64,000 nt of DNA. Source: Candidatus Latescibacterota bacterium. GTDB taxonomy: Bacteria > Latescibacterota > UBA2968 > UBA8231. Each line of letters starts with the position of its first letter. Within the stretch, counting starts at the first letter, position 1. The notes under the pieces were generated by a model, which did not search any database, was not told where the DNA came from, and was given only the letters and a program-made list of their open reading frames with translations. Below are positions 63,759 to 64,000 of this stretch, one piece after another. The DNA lies in the NCBI GenBank assembly GCA_963422735.1, contig OY730476.1, forward strand, positions 1,248,001 to 1,312,000, written 5' to 3'. A program made the position numbers and the translations under genes.

Positions 63759-64000
63759 GAAATAGTGTCCTCAAAAAGAAAATCATTGGTCCGATGCGTG
63801 TGAATATACTCCGTCGAATCGAAGTAGAGCAAGGACGCCCCGTGGGGTGGAATATACCCAGCAGAAGCCCGTGCCAGCCGGGTGCGCCCCGTTGGCACCG
63901 CCTAAAGTCGGCTATAGGCGCTTGGGGCGCACCCGGAATGTTCAGACCGCTTCTTAGATTTTAATGGCTTCTAGTGATCAGTGGTTAGTGCTCAGTCCCA

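Overview
GC-rich bacterial chromosomal window. The gene content resembles Ca. Latescibacterota/Poribacteria-type FCB bacteria, possibly a sponge symbiont (inference only). The main feature is a ~21.6 kb minus-strand cell-envelope locus (1-21610). It encodes a secreted CBM9-like protein with a C-terminal 'SWGxVK' tail, two paralogous ~980-aa outer-membrane proteins with Asp-rich Ca-binding-type loops, two paralogous lipoproteins and a further lipoprotein. It also has a discoidin/FlgD-Ig protein paired with a PorV/PorP-like barrel, a 1090-aa TPR protein, ExbB plus two ExbD (no TonB or TonB-dependent receptor seen), a parvulin foldase, an OPT-like transporter, an FGE-fold lipoprotein and an L-domain lipoprotein. 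I recognise no described system with this composition; it is the best candidate for a new PMF-energised envelope machine. The rest of the window holds a HEAT/TPR/CRTAC1 repeat-protein cluster with a MITE-like insert, and housekeeping or catabolic genes (Ldh_2, split transketolase, zinc-ribbon protein, rnpB, pyrF, tRNA-Pro, class III aminotransferase, cytochrome c, PQQ sugar dehydrogenase, CocE, Gfo/Idh/MocA, AKR, FKBP, SBP_5, metallophosphoesterase, RraA, enolase-superfamily enzyme, sialidase). There is also an intact Zn-ribbon amino-methyltransferase beside a dead PD-(D/E)xK nuclease, and many decayed accessory genes (Rpn, NUDIX, GDSL, dapA, toxin-antitoxin pair, YWTD fragment, aspartic protease). 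All calls are by eye; no searches were run.
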